Assembly: GCA_009103225.1 (NCBI GenBank)
Contig: RHPI01000277.1
Span: 580,074 to 644,073, forward strand
Source: Chlorokybus atmophyticus
Lineage: Eukaryota > Plantae > Mesostigma and Chlorokybus algae
Length of the DNA: 64,000 bases
Direction of reading: 5' to 3'
In this document: positions 16,865-30,626 of the stretch, one piece after another
How the letters are laid out: each line of letters opens with the position of its first letter
How positions within the stretch are numbered: position 1 is the stretch's first letter
The notes under the pieces: model-generated
Database searches by the model: none
Seen by the model: only the letters and a program-made list of their open reading frames with translations
Told to the model about the DNA's origin: nothing
Position numbers and translations under genes: made by a program

Positions 16865-18448
16865 TTACGCGCTAGCTTGCGAAGCTGAAGTCGTGTCCTC
16901 CATTTTCTCAACAGCCTTTGCCGCCAGCTTGTCCTTCTTGTTTTCATCTGCACCAGACTCCTGCTTCTGTTGCCTGTTCATGCATGACAGTCACGTATCA
17001 GTACGCGCCATTTGCATGCAACTATGTCCACACCAAAGGGATGAATGCGCACCAACCTTTCATTGGACTTGTCTGTCTTCTTCTCTGTAGGCTTTTCGTC
17101 CTTGCTGCCTGTGCTGTCACCCACCTGGGACTTCGCCATTGCCATCTTTTGCCTAACAAATCAGCATTAGCAAACGTCTAGGCACAGATGATGTGTCAGC
17201 AAAGCCCTGCAGCGCGTTACTTGGAAACCAACTCACGTTACTATGTCCAGAACATACGTCCAGAATGTACCATTGCACAACAAAAGACACGACAGCACAG
17301 TGAAATGAGATAGTATGCTAACTGCATCGCAAAGATACGTCGCACTAGTTAAGGGAGGACTGGTTGCAAGAGTGCTGATTGCAACCAGAGATATGAGATA
17401 GTACTGGTTATTAAAAGAGTAAAAGTCTGGATACTTAGACCATGCTATCATAACCTTGCTACCTTCCATACACATTTCATTAGACCAAACAACACCCACC
17501 TCACATCCTTTACGGCCGCCTTGATGGCGTCCTCCGCCAGCATCGAGCAGTGCAACTTCACAGGCGGCAGCGACAGATGTTTCGCGATCTCGGAATTCCG
17601 GATCGAGGTCGCGTCCTCAATCGAGCGTCCCTTGATCCATTCTGTTGCTACAGATGAAGAGGCGATCGCGGAACCGCAACCGAAGGTCTTGAAACAAGAG
17701 TCGAGGATGGTGCCATCGGGAGCGACCTGCGGGGAGGAGAGGATGTAAGGGAGATAAACGACAGATGAGGACAGTAGCATGTCAATGCACGTGCGCTGCT
17801 GGCATGGAACCAGGCATGCGTAGCATCAACCTGAGTGGCACATGCTCAGCAACCAAATTGTGGCTTATGTTCAGCATCCTTGCTTGTTACTCGAATACAT
17901 ACAATCCACTGAAGCGAATAGGACAAGGACTACGGCTTGTTTGCAAATTGTACAAACCCATTTGTAAGACATACATACCGCAGCTGTCAATCCAATCTTG
18001 CAGCCACTTGTTAGTCACACAAAGTTCAGACCCAAGCATAGCAACATGACTGCACTGACATGCTCGTTACAGTCTCTGAAGATGTCTCGAACTTGCGGAA
18101 ACGGTTAGGCGAGAGACAACTGCTCTCAATCAAAGCACTCAATCAAAGCACGTCAGAAAAGAGTTTTTCGACGCCTATACGTACCCTAATCTGCAGCTTC
18201 ATGACGTCGCCGCATGCAGGGGCCCCGACAAGGCCAGTCCCTACACTGGGATCATCCTTGTTGAAGCTCCCGACATTGCGGGGGTTGTTGTAATGATCCA
18301 CGACGTTCCTGTGATACCCTCTCGACGACACTCCCGTCGCGGTCGCCGCCGCCGCCGAAGTCGACAAGCGGGACGACGACGACGCAGCGGCGGCGGCGCA
18401 GCGCCTTAGCGCCGCACCACCCGCCGACCGAGCCACCCCACCCACCAT
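16865..18448 (-). CDS. ISCU: Mitochondrial Fe-S cluster scaffold ISCU/ISU, copy 1 (3 exons)
   Basis: Exons 18448-18185, 17726-17500, 16973-16865. Sequence: YHRNVVDHYNNPRNVGSF...GAPACGDVMKLQI|RVAPDG...FKTFGCGSAIASSSVATEWIKG...LSLPPVKLHCSMLAEDAIKAA. All three Cys and LPPVK are present, with an Ala/Arg/Ser-rich presequence. Confidence 0.92.
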
Positions 18449-18797
18449 ACCTTCGATGTTACTGCAGCACTTTCCTGAAGCACTCCTGCACGCCAACCAC
18501 CCTGACGACGCCAACCACCTCACCACCGCCGCCGCCTTGATCTGCCACGTAGACGACAAGATTCCGCAACTTGGGGCTGAGATTAGGGTTTAGCATTGCT
18601 TGTGCGTTAAACGCACAAGCAGTGCTAAAGAAGCTTGGTGTGCGTATATTCAAACCCTAAGTCTGAAATTGGCGGCAAAACCTCAGCTCAGGTGTTGCCT
18701 TTGCCGGTGTCGTTGTCGGCGTTGGTGTTGTTGGTGGTGGTAGCGGCGGCGGCGGTGTCGGTGCTGGTGTGAACGTGTGGGCTAGAGGGATATTGCC
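18449..18797. promoter_or_regulatory. Putative bidirectional promoter shared by the two ISCU paralogues, with two oppositely oriented telo-boxes
   Basis: Only 349 bp separate the divergent ATGs. ttagggttt lies at 18583-18591 and aaaccctaa at 18652-18660. Confidence 0.6.
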
Positions 18798-19961
18798 ATG
18801 CTGGTTCGGGTGTTCTTGCGGGCGGCGGCGGCGGAGTGCGCCGCCTCCTCCGTAGTGCCGGAAGGTTTGCGACAGTCAGTGCCAGCAGCAGCGGCGGCGA
18901 CGGCGGTGGCGGCGAGGAGGGCCTACCACAAGAACGTTGTAGACCACTACAACAATCCCCGCAACGTTGGGAGCTTTGATAAGAACGACCCGGATGTGGG
19001 GACCGGCCTGGTGGGAGCGCCCGCATGCGGTGATGTGATGAAGCTGCAGATAAGGGTGAGCTGCTGGTAATTTGCTGCATGTTGAAAGCTCACAAGTGGT
19101 GAAAGGTTGCGTAGTTGGAGCGTAGCATGCAGTATTGTGCTTGCATGTAAGTGCAGTGCGCATGCTTTGCACTTGCATGCAACCATGTTGTCTGTTTCAT
19201 GGTAGAGCAACCAGAAATCTCTACTCACTGGCGACTCAGCCCATGGTTGGTTTGCGCTGGTAACCCATCAGCAAGGAGTCTTGTATGCTGTAGCGAAGGC
19301 AACATGCTTACTCTTTCCACAAGCACTGATAAATTGCATGCGTACTTGCGTTGATACTATACCGGTCAAGCTTCACAGCCACTGCCATGCTCACGCTGCA
19401 AAGCATCCCTTTTGCCCCCCCCTTTATGCACAGCATTCGTACACGAGCAACACTTGCCAACTCATCGCACTCGTATGCTAGCACAACTCCAACCACAACT
19501 CCATCTCAGGTCGATTCCGACGGCCGCATCCTCGACTCCCGTTTCAAGACCTTCGGTTGCGGTTCCGCGATCGCGGCGTCGTCCTCCCTCGCGACGGAGT
19601 GGATCAAGGGACGCACCGTCGACGACGCGACGTCCATCAAGAACTCCGAGATCGCGAAACACCTGTCGCTGCCGCCCGTCAAACTGCACTGCTCGATGCT
19701 GGCGGAAGATGCCATAAAGGCTGCAGTATTCGACTTCAGGTACTGTTTGTTGTTGTTACTGTGGGTTTTTTTGTTTAGATTCAAGCACATGTCGGGTATG
19801 TGTATATGTGTGCATGTAATCAGTTTCTTACATGTTTGTCATTGAGCATATATCAGTTGTTGACAGCGTGTTTGCTTGTTGATAGGCAGAAGAGGTCAAG
19901 GAATGCACAGGCTGCTGCGAGCAATGAGGATGTTGTGGAGATGGCTGCTGCGAGCATCTAG
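18798..19961 (+). CDS. ISCU: Mitochondrial Fe-S cluster scaffold ISCU/ISU, copy 2 (3 exons)
   Basis: Exons 18798-19055, 19510-19739, 19886-19961, with the same two intron positions as copy 1. Sequence: YHKNVVDHYNNPRNVGSF...GAPACGDVMKLQI...GCGSAIAASSSLATEW...LPPVKLHCSMLAEDAIKAA. Confidence 0.92.
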
Positions 19962-20780
19962 AAGTGCTTACAGGAGCTTCTGGCGACAAGTGTAGCTTGC
20001 GCTGCGGGCGCGCGTGCGGTAATGGCTTGTTGTTGTACATATGTGTAGTGATCTGTATATAGTTGTGGTTTGGTTGGAGGCAGATGGCGGTGTAGCCGAT
20101 TGCAGGCGATGACAAGTAGGGTTTGTGAGTAACTGTTGGCGAGTGTACCGTACATGTACAGAGGAGCTTGAGGTCCTGGCTAGGACAGTTTGGCAGCCTG
20201 CGTAGCGCTAGGGTTGGTTCGTTTGGTGACCACTGTGTTTGGAGTGCAGTGCGTTTTGGAATAAGATAGCATAGTTGACTCTTTGATTGCGGTGTTGCCA
20301 ACCCAATTGCCATAGCAGGGGATGGCAAGTAGACATGAAGTGTTTACCGCACAGCGCAATGCTATCCTGCATAGTATGTTAGCAGTTCTTAGAAAGTGTA
20401 AGCCATGTTATAGTGTAACTTTCCTGTGAGTTTGGTGGCATACTGATACAAAGGGCCGCGAGTACAACATTTCAATGCAAGTCACATATGAATTGCAATA
20501 GACAGCACCTCCACCATGTGAACCGAAAGACAGATATCGAAACCAGTACTTATCTCAGCGATACCACTTACAGATGTGAGTAGGTGCTAAGCACTGGCAA
20601 CGACCGGCAAGCCTCCTCCATTCTTTCTGTTCCAGACCAGTGTGTGTGGGTTGAAGCCTTGCTCCTAGTGTACACGAGGCAACGGGGATGTCATGCATGC
20701 AAGGCAACCATACACATGGCATGTACACATCATGTGACATTGCACTCAACCACGCATGCAATCATACACACACAACCACA

Positions 20781-22004
20781 ACCGCCGGGCTATATACACT
20801 GCACTCAGTGCCTCATTCCTACGCCTAGCGCTTATTTACCTACTTACCACCCCCGTCAGTCATGCATGCATGCATGCTGGTCAGAGTCAGGTAATTACCT
20901 GTGCAACACTTGTTGCAGTCAGTAGGACGTTGATGTGCATCTTCCCCCACCACTCCTCTATGCCTGCACCCACGTCTCCTCTTCTCTTCTCTCATTCCAC
21001 ATCTGCCGTTGCTAGGTTGCCCAGGTTGTAACCCTCAACGCTCTCGGCAGGGCCCTTCCGCCCCGCCCCTCGCTCTGACGTCACCCTGGCTTGCACAGTC
21101 AGCACTGCACTGCGCTAGTGCTGCTGCGACATTGCTCGCTGCTTAGGTGCTGCTGGTGGGTTTGTGCTGTCCGCACGGGCACGCTGTGTTACCAACAGCA
21201 TGCTCCCCGTGCACTTGTCGTGCCGGTGTCATGCGCTGGTCGTTGCCGTCTCAGCTTCGTAACGACCAGTTTGTACAGCAGCGGTGGGGGCGTGCAGTAA
21301 TAAACACATACGTCATCTCGCATCATCTTTTGCCTCAGCGTTGCTAACGAGCGCTTCATGGGATGCCCGGCCAACAGCAGGTCCTGTCACCATCGCTCGC
21401 CACAAGACGCTTGCGGTACGTACACACGCGTGTACTGCGACTCCTCCACCCCCAGCTTGACACTGCGGGGTACATTGGATTGTCAAAAAACAACGGCGCA
21501 CGGTGTCTTGAAACATGCTGATACTCCGGCAAGTCTCTCTCTTGCAGTAGAGTTTGGTACACATGCATAACATTGCATATATGTTACACACGCCATCTGC
21601 TGTTTGAAAAACTTCCAGGTCCAGGAAAGTAGGACACACTAGTATGCAACATCGTCACACCAAGCTACGTACTGTCATCCCTGCCTATCACTGCACAAGC
21701 ATACTCACACGCATGCCAGCGGCATGCAAGGAAAGGCACTGATGCTGCTCACTCCTTGTGCGGTACATGTCACAGTCAAACAGTGTGCTTGCAACCAATG
21801 ACAGTGAGGAAGAGAGAGGGAGAGAGCGGGTTGCGCTGCACTCCACTGCATGTGGATTTACTGTCCTACCGACTGCAACAAGTGTTGCACAGGTAACGCT
21901 TGTGAATACGTGCGTTGGTTGGCTGGCATGCATGACTGACGGGGTGGTAGAGGTAGTAGTGATAGGTGTAGAGGTAGACGGAGGTAACAGAGTAGCCCGG
22001 TGGT
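20781..22004. repeat. Imperfect inverted repeat (three conserved blocks per arm) around a ~930-bp spacer
   Basis: 20895-20928 vs 21863-21896 match at 33/34 nt as reverse complements. 20845-20869 vs 21926-21949 are near-identical. 20781-20792 vs 21993-22004 match at 11/12. Confidence 0.85.
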
Positions 22005-23158
22005 GATTGCTGAACTGAGTGCTGTTGTTGCCTATGCGTGTGTGATGCATGTCATGCATGTGTGTATGTGCAAAGCATGCCGCGTATGCACGTGCACATG
22101 CATTACGTTAGTCAGGCTCAAGCGCGTTCCCTGGCATTTCATGTTTGTGCGTGTACGTGTGCACGTGCACAAGTCCACCACACAGAAGAAACATTGCATC
22201 CCAACATCTCCTCCTGCACGCGCGCAGGTACGTTGATTAAACAGCTGCATTCAGAGGAGGTTGAGGGTGAGGTGGGGGAGGAGAAGGCGGAAGTCTTGCA
22301 CAAGTCCACCTCCTCGGTCCTCACGTAAGGACCCACAAAACTGGCAGCAATACGTGACGTGGCGCTGTGCATCACTACCGAGAGGTACCTCGTTGGGTTT
22401 GAGAGACAGAAGGAGGCGTGGGTGCCCGGCAGGTACGGCGGTTGTGGACAACATATAAGCTTTCTCGCAATCTCTCGCAATGCAAACAACCAAGTCACAT
22501 AACAAGTGCTGCTGCAGCAAGGATGCGAACTTGGCTCACTCAGACTCGAAGGCTGTTGTTGCTGCCAACTAGTAGACGCAGTACGCGTAGGAGTGCACAA
22601 ACAAGCGCACGAACACAATTCCCTCGCCGTTCTTTTGTACATATGTTTACACGCGAGCTCAACATCTGCCGAGATGAGATGGCACGCCTGCCGCCCATCC
22701 AAACAACTGTGTCTGCAGGATCACTTGATTGAAAATGTGGACAGCACAACTTGTTTGTAAGGGAAGGTTGGCTGTGCTCATGTGTGAGGCGATGTTTGTG
22801 TTCGTGCGACCGTGCGGACACACCCACATGGCCACACGCACGAATTCAAACCAATGTTCTGTCAACATTGTAGCCAAATGGTGATGGCAACGGCAACCAT
22901 TCCCAGACAAGTATGTAATCCAAGCTCATTGATAATGATCTTAGGTTGTTGGCTCCTGTTAACACCATACTATCAACAACACAACATAGAGTTCCAGCCT
23001 TAATCATCACGTGTGCTATCTACCACTACGTAGACAGAAAATTTACAATGACTGCTAATTTACTAGAGAGACGGACTGCTGTGCAGCGGATGTGGTAATT
23101 ATACAAATAAGAGAGACCAACCTTCACACTCTTCAGTGCTCGTTATGTGTTCATCATT

Positions 23159-25528
23159 CTATTCGCCGCTGAGTGCTCGCGGGCGATGCACGAGCACGTT
23201 GACGGGCACTCCCGCCTGATGCGCCGCGCGCACGAACGAGGTGTTCGCCGACAGGACGGGCAGGCGGAGCGTGTCGGCCGTGCCAAACACCACCTTGTGC
23301 CTGTGTGTGTGTTGTATGAAATGAAACAGAGATCATTATTCATGAGACTTATTGATAGAAGCTGAGTGGGGTTATTATACACTCACCTTGGCTGCACTCG
23401 GCTCGACGCGCGCAAGGCTGTTATGCGTGCTGAGGGTGTATCCGCCACACATTGCGCGCGTTGTAACAAGTCATCAGACCTTTTGCGCTCCCTGCAGATG
23501 GTGATATATTCAGTACGCAACAACAATACGTGTGTACCAAACATGTGTGTTCTTGCCTGGGCCCTGCTATGGTGCTGATGATGTTGTGATACTCCCGCAG
23601 CGTGCTTTCTGGAACAAGTAGCGTCCTGTCTTGCATGTGCGACTCGAGCTCCGGTAACAAAGGCGCCTCGAGCTCCGATAAAGCCTACCATAAATCGAGT
23701 TACCACAAGTTGTTAGTTGTATCACAGTGGTCATGTATCTGCATGCACACCCGCGTGTACGAGTGTGTGTGTGTGTGTGCGTGTGCGTACATGTTTGAAT
23801 ATGCGTTTGCTCGGACGCGTGCATGTGTGCATGTGTAAAAGTATGCGCATGTGTGTGTGTGTTTGTGTGTCTACCTGAGCATGCATGAACCACGCGGAGT
23901 TGCGAAACCTCTCCTTACGTTCATCATCCGACATGGCTGCAATGCTCGCAGCTCCTCCATTGGTGATATCAGACACATAAGCGATCATCGCAGTTGTATC
24001 GAGCACAAGCCCACTCTTGCCATGATGTTCACAAGTTTCATCCACGCCAGACACGGTTGCCTCTTTGCCAAGCTCGATACGTTGAACGTCGCGAGCAAGT
24101 TCTTCTTCTTCTTCAACTTCTAGTGTTGGCAACACTTCAAAAGAGCCACAAAGCCCATGGTGCATGTGCGTGGAGCAATCAAGGCACCACACTTTGCCAG
24201 CTGGCATGTGTGAAGCAGTTGGATGCTCCCATGGAAAGGCTCCAAACTCTTCCTGCAGAAGCTCAACCATCGCTGCGGGAGCGCCTTGCACAAAGTGTAA
24301 CAATATGCACACAGGCTTCTTTGTCACGTCTGTACACGCAATGCGCATGTCAAGACAACCAACAACGCATGTACGCATGCACGCGAGCAGCATGCGTGCG
24401 CACACGCGTGCGTGCATGGGCCAGGCATGACAATCAGCAAACGAGAGTGAGTCAACAACCTGCTGCCGAAGCAGCTTGGAGAAGGCGTTGCATCTTCGCA
24501 TCAAACACACGCACACGCAAAGCCTGCGCATGAGCACATCTTTGGTGTTTATTCAACAACACAACTTGTAACATCAGAAATCACAACCCACTCACAGCAA
24601 CAATACCTTGGGTTGCAACCGGCCTCCAAAGATAACAACCCAAGTGACGCGCCCATCCACGAGGCCGATCATGTCGACATGGACCGTATGGTTGTCATCA
24701 ACATCATCGTCTTCAATTTCAACAGCATCGTCATCGTTGGCGGTAGCGGCCTTCTTGCTGTTCTTCTTCTTCTTGCCAACGTTGACCATCACGTCCGTCA
24801 CCCCCGACACGCTTTCCGAGCTGAGCCATGCCAGAAGCCCCTCGACGTGCGTGAGGTTGCTGCTGCACATTGTGTCACACAACTCACAATCATGAGTCGT
24901 GGCATGCAGCAATGAGACCCCTGAGTTTATGCATGCAAGCACTGCCTTAGTAAACATCCCTACAACTGTAGATATCTTGTTTTTGCACATTTATGCCTCA
25001 ATCGCTATGGTCAGTGCCAAACAAGAGACTCAGCACTGCTTCAGTGCTCATGTGCCCATGCTCATACCGAAGCTTTGTACTGGCAGGCAATGAAACAGCT
25101 TGAACAGCTTCTCAGCTGCTGCGCCAACTTATTGTTTGCCACAGTAGCTGCAGTGTCAAGCTGACACATAGCCCGCAGCCTAGCTGCATGCACCGCTGCT
25201 CCTCACAGCTGCTTCAAGCCGCGAAAAACGCAACACTTGCATTGCGAATTGTGATCACGCTTACACACACAGCTTTGGCACAAGCATACGCATGCAGCTC
25301 TCTTTCTTTATCTCTCTCTCACCTTGCGAGTCGTGCGATTGTGGTCGTCAGCTCCCCTCCCCTCATCCGCTCCAGGAACCGCCCCTCCCTCCGCAGCATC
25401 CGCACCAGTCGCAGCCGGGCATTGTCGGCGAGCTTGCCCTCGGGCACCGACTGGACCGCGGACTCGAGGGAGGATGCACGCGCCGCGCGCTCCTCCACCG
25501 GCGCCGACGACGCCGACGGCGACGCCAT
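23159..25528 (-). CDS. DUF1308 / C7orf25-like (UPF0415) protein, multi-exon
   Basis: Spliced pieces: RLRLVRMLRREGRFLERM, CSSNLTHVEGLL, VHVDMIGLVDGRVTWVVI, LVLDTTAMIAYVSDITNGG, LLPELESHMQDRTLLVPESTLREYHNIISTIAGPR|ERKR, HKVVFGTADTLRLPVLSANTSFVRAAHQAGVPVNVLVHRPRALSGE*. These are colinear with C7orf25 as I recall it. One intron is GC-AG (23556-23492). Some internal exons are unresolved. Confidence 0.85.
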
Positions 25529-26541
25529 GCCGCCCGACGATTACGATGAAGACGACGACGACAACCACCACGAAGCTGTGACTACAGGTGATTTCAGTTC
25601 TGCCCGGGCTCTGCCTCTCCCCCTTGCCTTGCATGCACTTGGTTGCAACGCTTGTTGTTGGCTGTGCATCTGCCTTGAAAGAATTGTTGGTCGCTGTGCC
25701 TGCGGCGTGAGCTCGTGTGTTGTGCGTGGTTGACTTGCAGCAGCCCAGCCCAACAGTCAGAGAACACTGTTGACAACCGGGCAGCCTGAAGGCTGAGCTA
25801 AGAGGCCTGTGATGGGGCAGCACCAGCAGGCACTGCAATCACCTGATACAAGTGCCGGGTAGTGTCTTACAACGACTCGAACCACTTGATTTATTTAATG
25901 TTGCGTTCTCAGTCCAAAAGGCTGAGCTACTGATTGAAAACAAAGCTGCCGTATTGTTATCACATGCAGATGGTCATGCTTGCTTTGCTTATCTAGCGCA
26001 TGTCTGATTGCCACTGTCAGGCTATTGAAGTAGATCTCAACATCCACCTTGCAGGACAGAGCCACTTCATTCCACACCAGCGTGACAAATGTACCACATG
26101 AGAACAGACATCAACAAACATGACAGCCCATTAGCCTCTCATAAGGGCCTGCACATAGAACCCAATGCAAGTGTCACACGTTCAGGTTATCACAAAGCAC
26201 ATAGGAAAAGGCGAACAAAGGGACAAAGCGTCAACTGCGACTATGTACATGTGCTTACAACCTACAAGGACGCTATGCGAGCTATAAGAACCAGTGCTGC
26301 TAGCATGCAATGGGAAAGCCACCTGCAGCATCTAAAGTGCGTCACCAGATCATCAGCAACTGCACTACCCACAACTGCGTGCAGCCATTACACGAACACT
26401 CTTGCGCACAGGTTACCTTTCTCTTTGCCATCATATGGGGCAGCTGCGAGTATACTACGATGAGGGGGCTGCGGTGATACTAGGACCGGGAACAGGATGT
26501 GTGTGCCACATGCGGCTCGAAGATACCATGCAGACACACTG

Positions 26542-27521
26542 CTAGATGTCATCAGGATCTGATGCTGTCTCCAAGCGAGTGTCGGCAACATCGGAGCCAA
26601 AGATATCGGATGCAGCTTCACCATCTGCAAGCTTTGCGCTGAAATGAAGACAAAATCCTTGGTCAATTCATGAGCTTTACGGCTAGGTACACATCTACTG
26701 GTGTAATAAGCAAGCAAAGTAGAGGATTGCGACTACTTACCCAGCTGGGATGTCAACACTGATGTTTATTGCAGCCCTGTACAAAAGTACACAATCAACA
26801 GTTGAGGGCGAACATGGCTGTGCTGCAATGTGTTCACAACACCAATGTGGCTCTGCCTGGTCAAGAATTAGGTCAGCCAGGAGCTGACCTTTCCAGTATG
26901 TACTTGCCCTCCTTGTACTTCTGATTCTTCTCAAAAGCTTCAATCTGCACCGCACACCAGGTAAAGAAATGACAGGATAGAAACCATGCATGTATGAAAG
27001 CCAACAAGCTTACATATTTCCAGCCAACAATCTGTTGGCACGTGTTACAGAAGATGTCAGCCACAGTGTGAAGGCCTGTAGTCATGGGCCGCTCCTCTTG
27101 CGGACCCAGTGACACATTTACACTGCGGGAGGAGTACAGGTCATTAATATCAAAACAACGAGCACCAGCAACCGCACCTGAGAGGGATAGCAAAGCGCGG
27201 AGCAATGTGCTGCATGCTGGCAAGCAACTTACACAGTATTGAACAGATAGGCCTTGCCGTGGCGGCAGTGGAAGGACTGCATGCCAAGCAACCATGAGTG
27301 CAAGAACACAGGCAAGGTGTGCAATGGACAACTGACTGCAAACAAAACAGATACTGAGCTGCGTCAGGCTGCGTGCATGGTGCATGGGTGGTGGGCAAAG
27401 ATTGGTCACCATGCAGATTGGGCACCTTGGAAACAAGTTCATCGCAAAGAGCCAGCGTAGTGCGGCAGAAGCGGCAGCTGTACACTTTACCCTCGAGGGT
27501 AATCAAAAACAATCGGCCCAT
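26542..27521 (-). CDS. YPEL: Yippee-like Zn-binding protein
   Basis: [32 protein letters not shown]|[15 protein letters not shown]|[36 protein letters not shown]|[19 protein letters not shown]. Both CxxC pairs are present. The last two small exons (ending ...SDPDDI*) are less certain. Confidence 0.92.
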
Positions 27522-30500
27522 GATCAGGTACTACCTGTCACACAGCGTTGTTGAACTTAACGGAACCATGCCAATGGTATTGCTGAGAGAACAGCGCGAT
27601 TTAGGCAGTAGCTACGGCTAAGCGCTGCCACAGGTTTGCTAAGCTGATTGTAACGTTTACACACGCAAACTAGTGGTGTTAAGCGGTATGCATGAACGAT
27701 ATCCGTCCAACCAGCTACCGCTACTACAGCGTTTAAAACACCGCGGAGAAGGGTTGTTGGTGAACTTGTGCAATCAACTTGCGTTCAGCGTGTACAGTAG
27801 TTGTAGAAACTCATATCTCGTAAGGTACGGCTGGGCTTTATTGCACTGGGTTTTTACTGCAGTATAGCGGTGCGCAGCAATGTAATTACCCACGCTTTAC
27901 GCTACTGCACTGACAGCACCTCACTACGCTGCACAAGGTTGGCTCGGAAAAGTTGCAACGCTGTGCATGGCCTAACTATTTCCACTGTACCTATCTGGTG
28001 ACTCGCCCCATGCAGCGGACGTGACAAGTCCTGACCTACTGTCTTTACCTTGCAGCATGCACACGTGCAACCCATGAAACCTCCCCAGTGCTCACAGTGG
28101 TGCAATGCATAGGATTGCCAAAGATGCGCATTACGTAGCCAAAAGTTCTCAAGCAAGCTGGCCTTGAGTAATCTGACGTGGCATGACCGGCCGGCCAACA
28201 ACAATGCCACGCACAGCGTGAACACGTGTAGCTGACCAACCAAGCAAGTGAACAAAAGGCAAGCAACGTACCTGGAAAACAGAACAAGCACAAGGCAAAG
28301 CGCAGAACGGGATGTGCAAACTGTCACCCTCCAGTACGTCGCCAGACACCGCTTCTCTCCACAACCAAGAACTGTGACAGCTGGCCCATCACAGCAAAGA
28401 GCTTTGGCTGCGCAAGCAGACCACTGCGTTCAGTGATCCAACGCCCCGACCGCCGGCAAAACCTCCCAAAGCAGCACTGTCCCAATCCGCAGAAAGCCCA
28501 CCAATTGAGCAGCGCACAACCAGGCCGCTTTGCTTTCGTACGCTGATCTGCTGAAGGTTGCTTTGAAGGTTCAGGCAGCTACTAGCAAGGCAATTTCATG
28601 CCCTTCCTGCGTAAGCAGCGGCGGCGGCAACAGCCACGACAGCACCACCGCCCACAGCCCGGCGGACGCAGATGCCACCGCACAGGACAAAAAGGCAGAA
28701 TTTGAGCTCCACAACAGTGCCCTTGAAGTACCTCGCGGTACAAACGACGTAGATTTCGACAAGTACTAGCTTCGCATTGGCCTGCTGCTGGTGATAACAA
28801 GCATACCATTGACATCCACAAGATCACGTCAGCTACCTATCTCAGTCGACTCACTAACCACGGATCAGGTCAAAGCCCGTAACTTACCGTTTATGGGGAT
28901 TTGGGAACGAGAAGACGAAGTGAGCCAGCTTCAAGCAGCTGCAAGTTCTTCTTAAACAGCTTGCGAAGCAGTTGAAGTGCAATTTAAGTCTGAAGGTTTT
29001 AAATTCAAACCGGGCGTTGCTGGCTCTGTTAACCGGGAAGTCTGCCTAGACCGCAAAACTAGTAGCCAACCGCGGATGTAGCTTTTTCGTTTGAGGCTTC
29101 GCTTCACTTGCTTTTCCGCGCCAGTTACGTGACTCAGCGGCATCTTGGCGCGTGACGTCAGCTTGGACGAACGCAATGCATTGGTCCTTGCGAGTGAGCG
29201 TCAGTGTGACACAACAACACATCTCGTGAAGTGCCGCATGTGGCAGCCGCTGACGTGTACCCACCTACAGGCCTACCAGATAGAGCAGATGCGCAGTCAC
29301 TGGCACCTCATGCAACTGCAGTAAATTTGGTGCTCATCATGGAGCACCTAATTTCGATGATGCGTCATGATGTAAGGTGCACATGCTTCTCGTCACTTTT
29401 TGCTTGCCATTTGCAATATGCTGCCCAAGTTGGTAATGAAATAAACAATCCCGAACAAGTTAATTCAAGCATCGACAAACAACGGAAACTATCATACATT
29501 GTCATTTTATTTTCTAAACACATTAACTATTTAAGTTGTATCAATTTGCATGATGTGAATCGCGATGCAGACATTAACAACGCCACCCACATCGTGCTAA
29601 ACATTGACTACTTGCTTGCGGTTAACCTCTGCCTGCTGTTGCGCCCATCTCATTTGCATGTACTTAGATATGCCTTTCAAAAGTAATTGCATCTGCTTTG
29701 GGTAACATTCAATGACTATGTAATCATTTCCATTGCTACCGTATGCGTGTGCATATAAAAAGCAACTAGTAGACATCTCAATCATCATACTAGCGAGTGG
29801 CCCGCCTGCCCTCTGTGCACCATGGTTGGCTATAGTGACGGCGCTACCGGGATATATGCATAGAGTGTGCCATTAGCAGACTGCTTGAAAAAACATACAA
29901 TTAAGTGGCTTGCCCGCTCTTTATGAATGACCATAAGGACGGCGCTATAACGTTGCGGTAATGCATGAGATTTACATAGAGACTGCGTGCTCTATGTTCA
30001 TTTGCTTAAAATTGTATGAATGAACATTGTGAATCCATTTATATCATCCATAGTCACATAGCTACATGTTCTAACTCAAGCACAAGATTACAAAACATAT
30101 ATAGCATATTAAAACAATACTTATCATGGTAGATATGCGTTGCTAAAAGAGGTGTTGCATGCAATTAGCTTACTTAAAAACCTTTCTCGCGAGCCTCGAA
30201 CATTTCATAGGCCAATAATGTAACTGCACTTCAACTTTACGAGTTGTACGAGGATATCTTGTACAGCGCTCAAAGATATTACTGTTGCAAGCAGAGAAGT
30301 AGTCTACTATTAACATCTTGTCGGACGATAAATGCTGATCCAATAATGAGCATTCATTGTCCGACTTGATGTTTCTCCTTTATCTTTCAAGTTGAAGCGT
30401 TCAATGTGTAGCGCTACGATTCAAAGGTTGCTCAACAGTGATTTGGTGAACGGGTTCAAGGGATCATGCTGCGAGCGCAGAAATCAGCAGCAATCGTGTA

Positions 30501-30626
30501 ACATCCACTCGCGTGCGATGTCACCAATTCGTGGACTAGGCCAGCTGTGAATCGGCGCAGGGCGGAGTGGCGGCAGCGGCGGTGGCTCAAGCACTGGGGT
30601 GGGTAGAGGCATGAGCGTCGTCCACA

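Noticed and set aside
28440-29180. GC-rich short ORFs and a minus-strand donor (~28885) upstream of Yippee
   Set aside because: No recognisable protein in any frame. Most simply read as Yippee 5'UTR exons or promoter.
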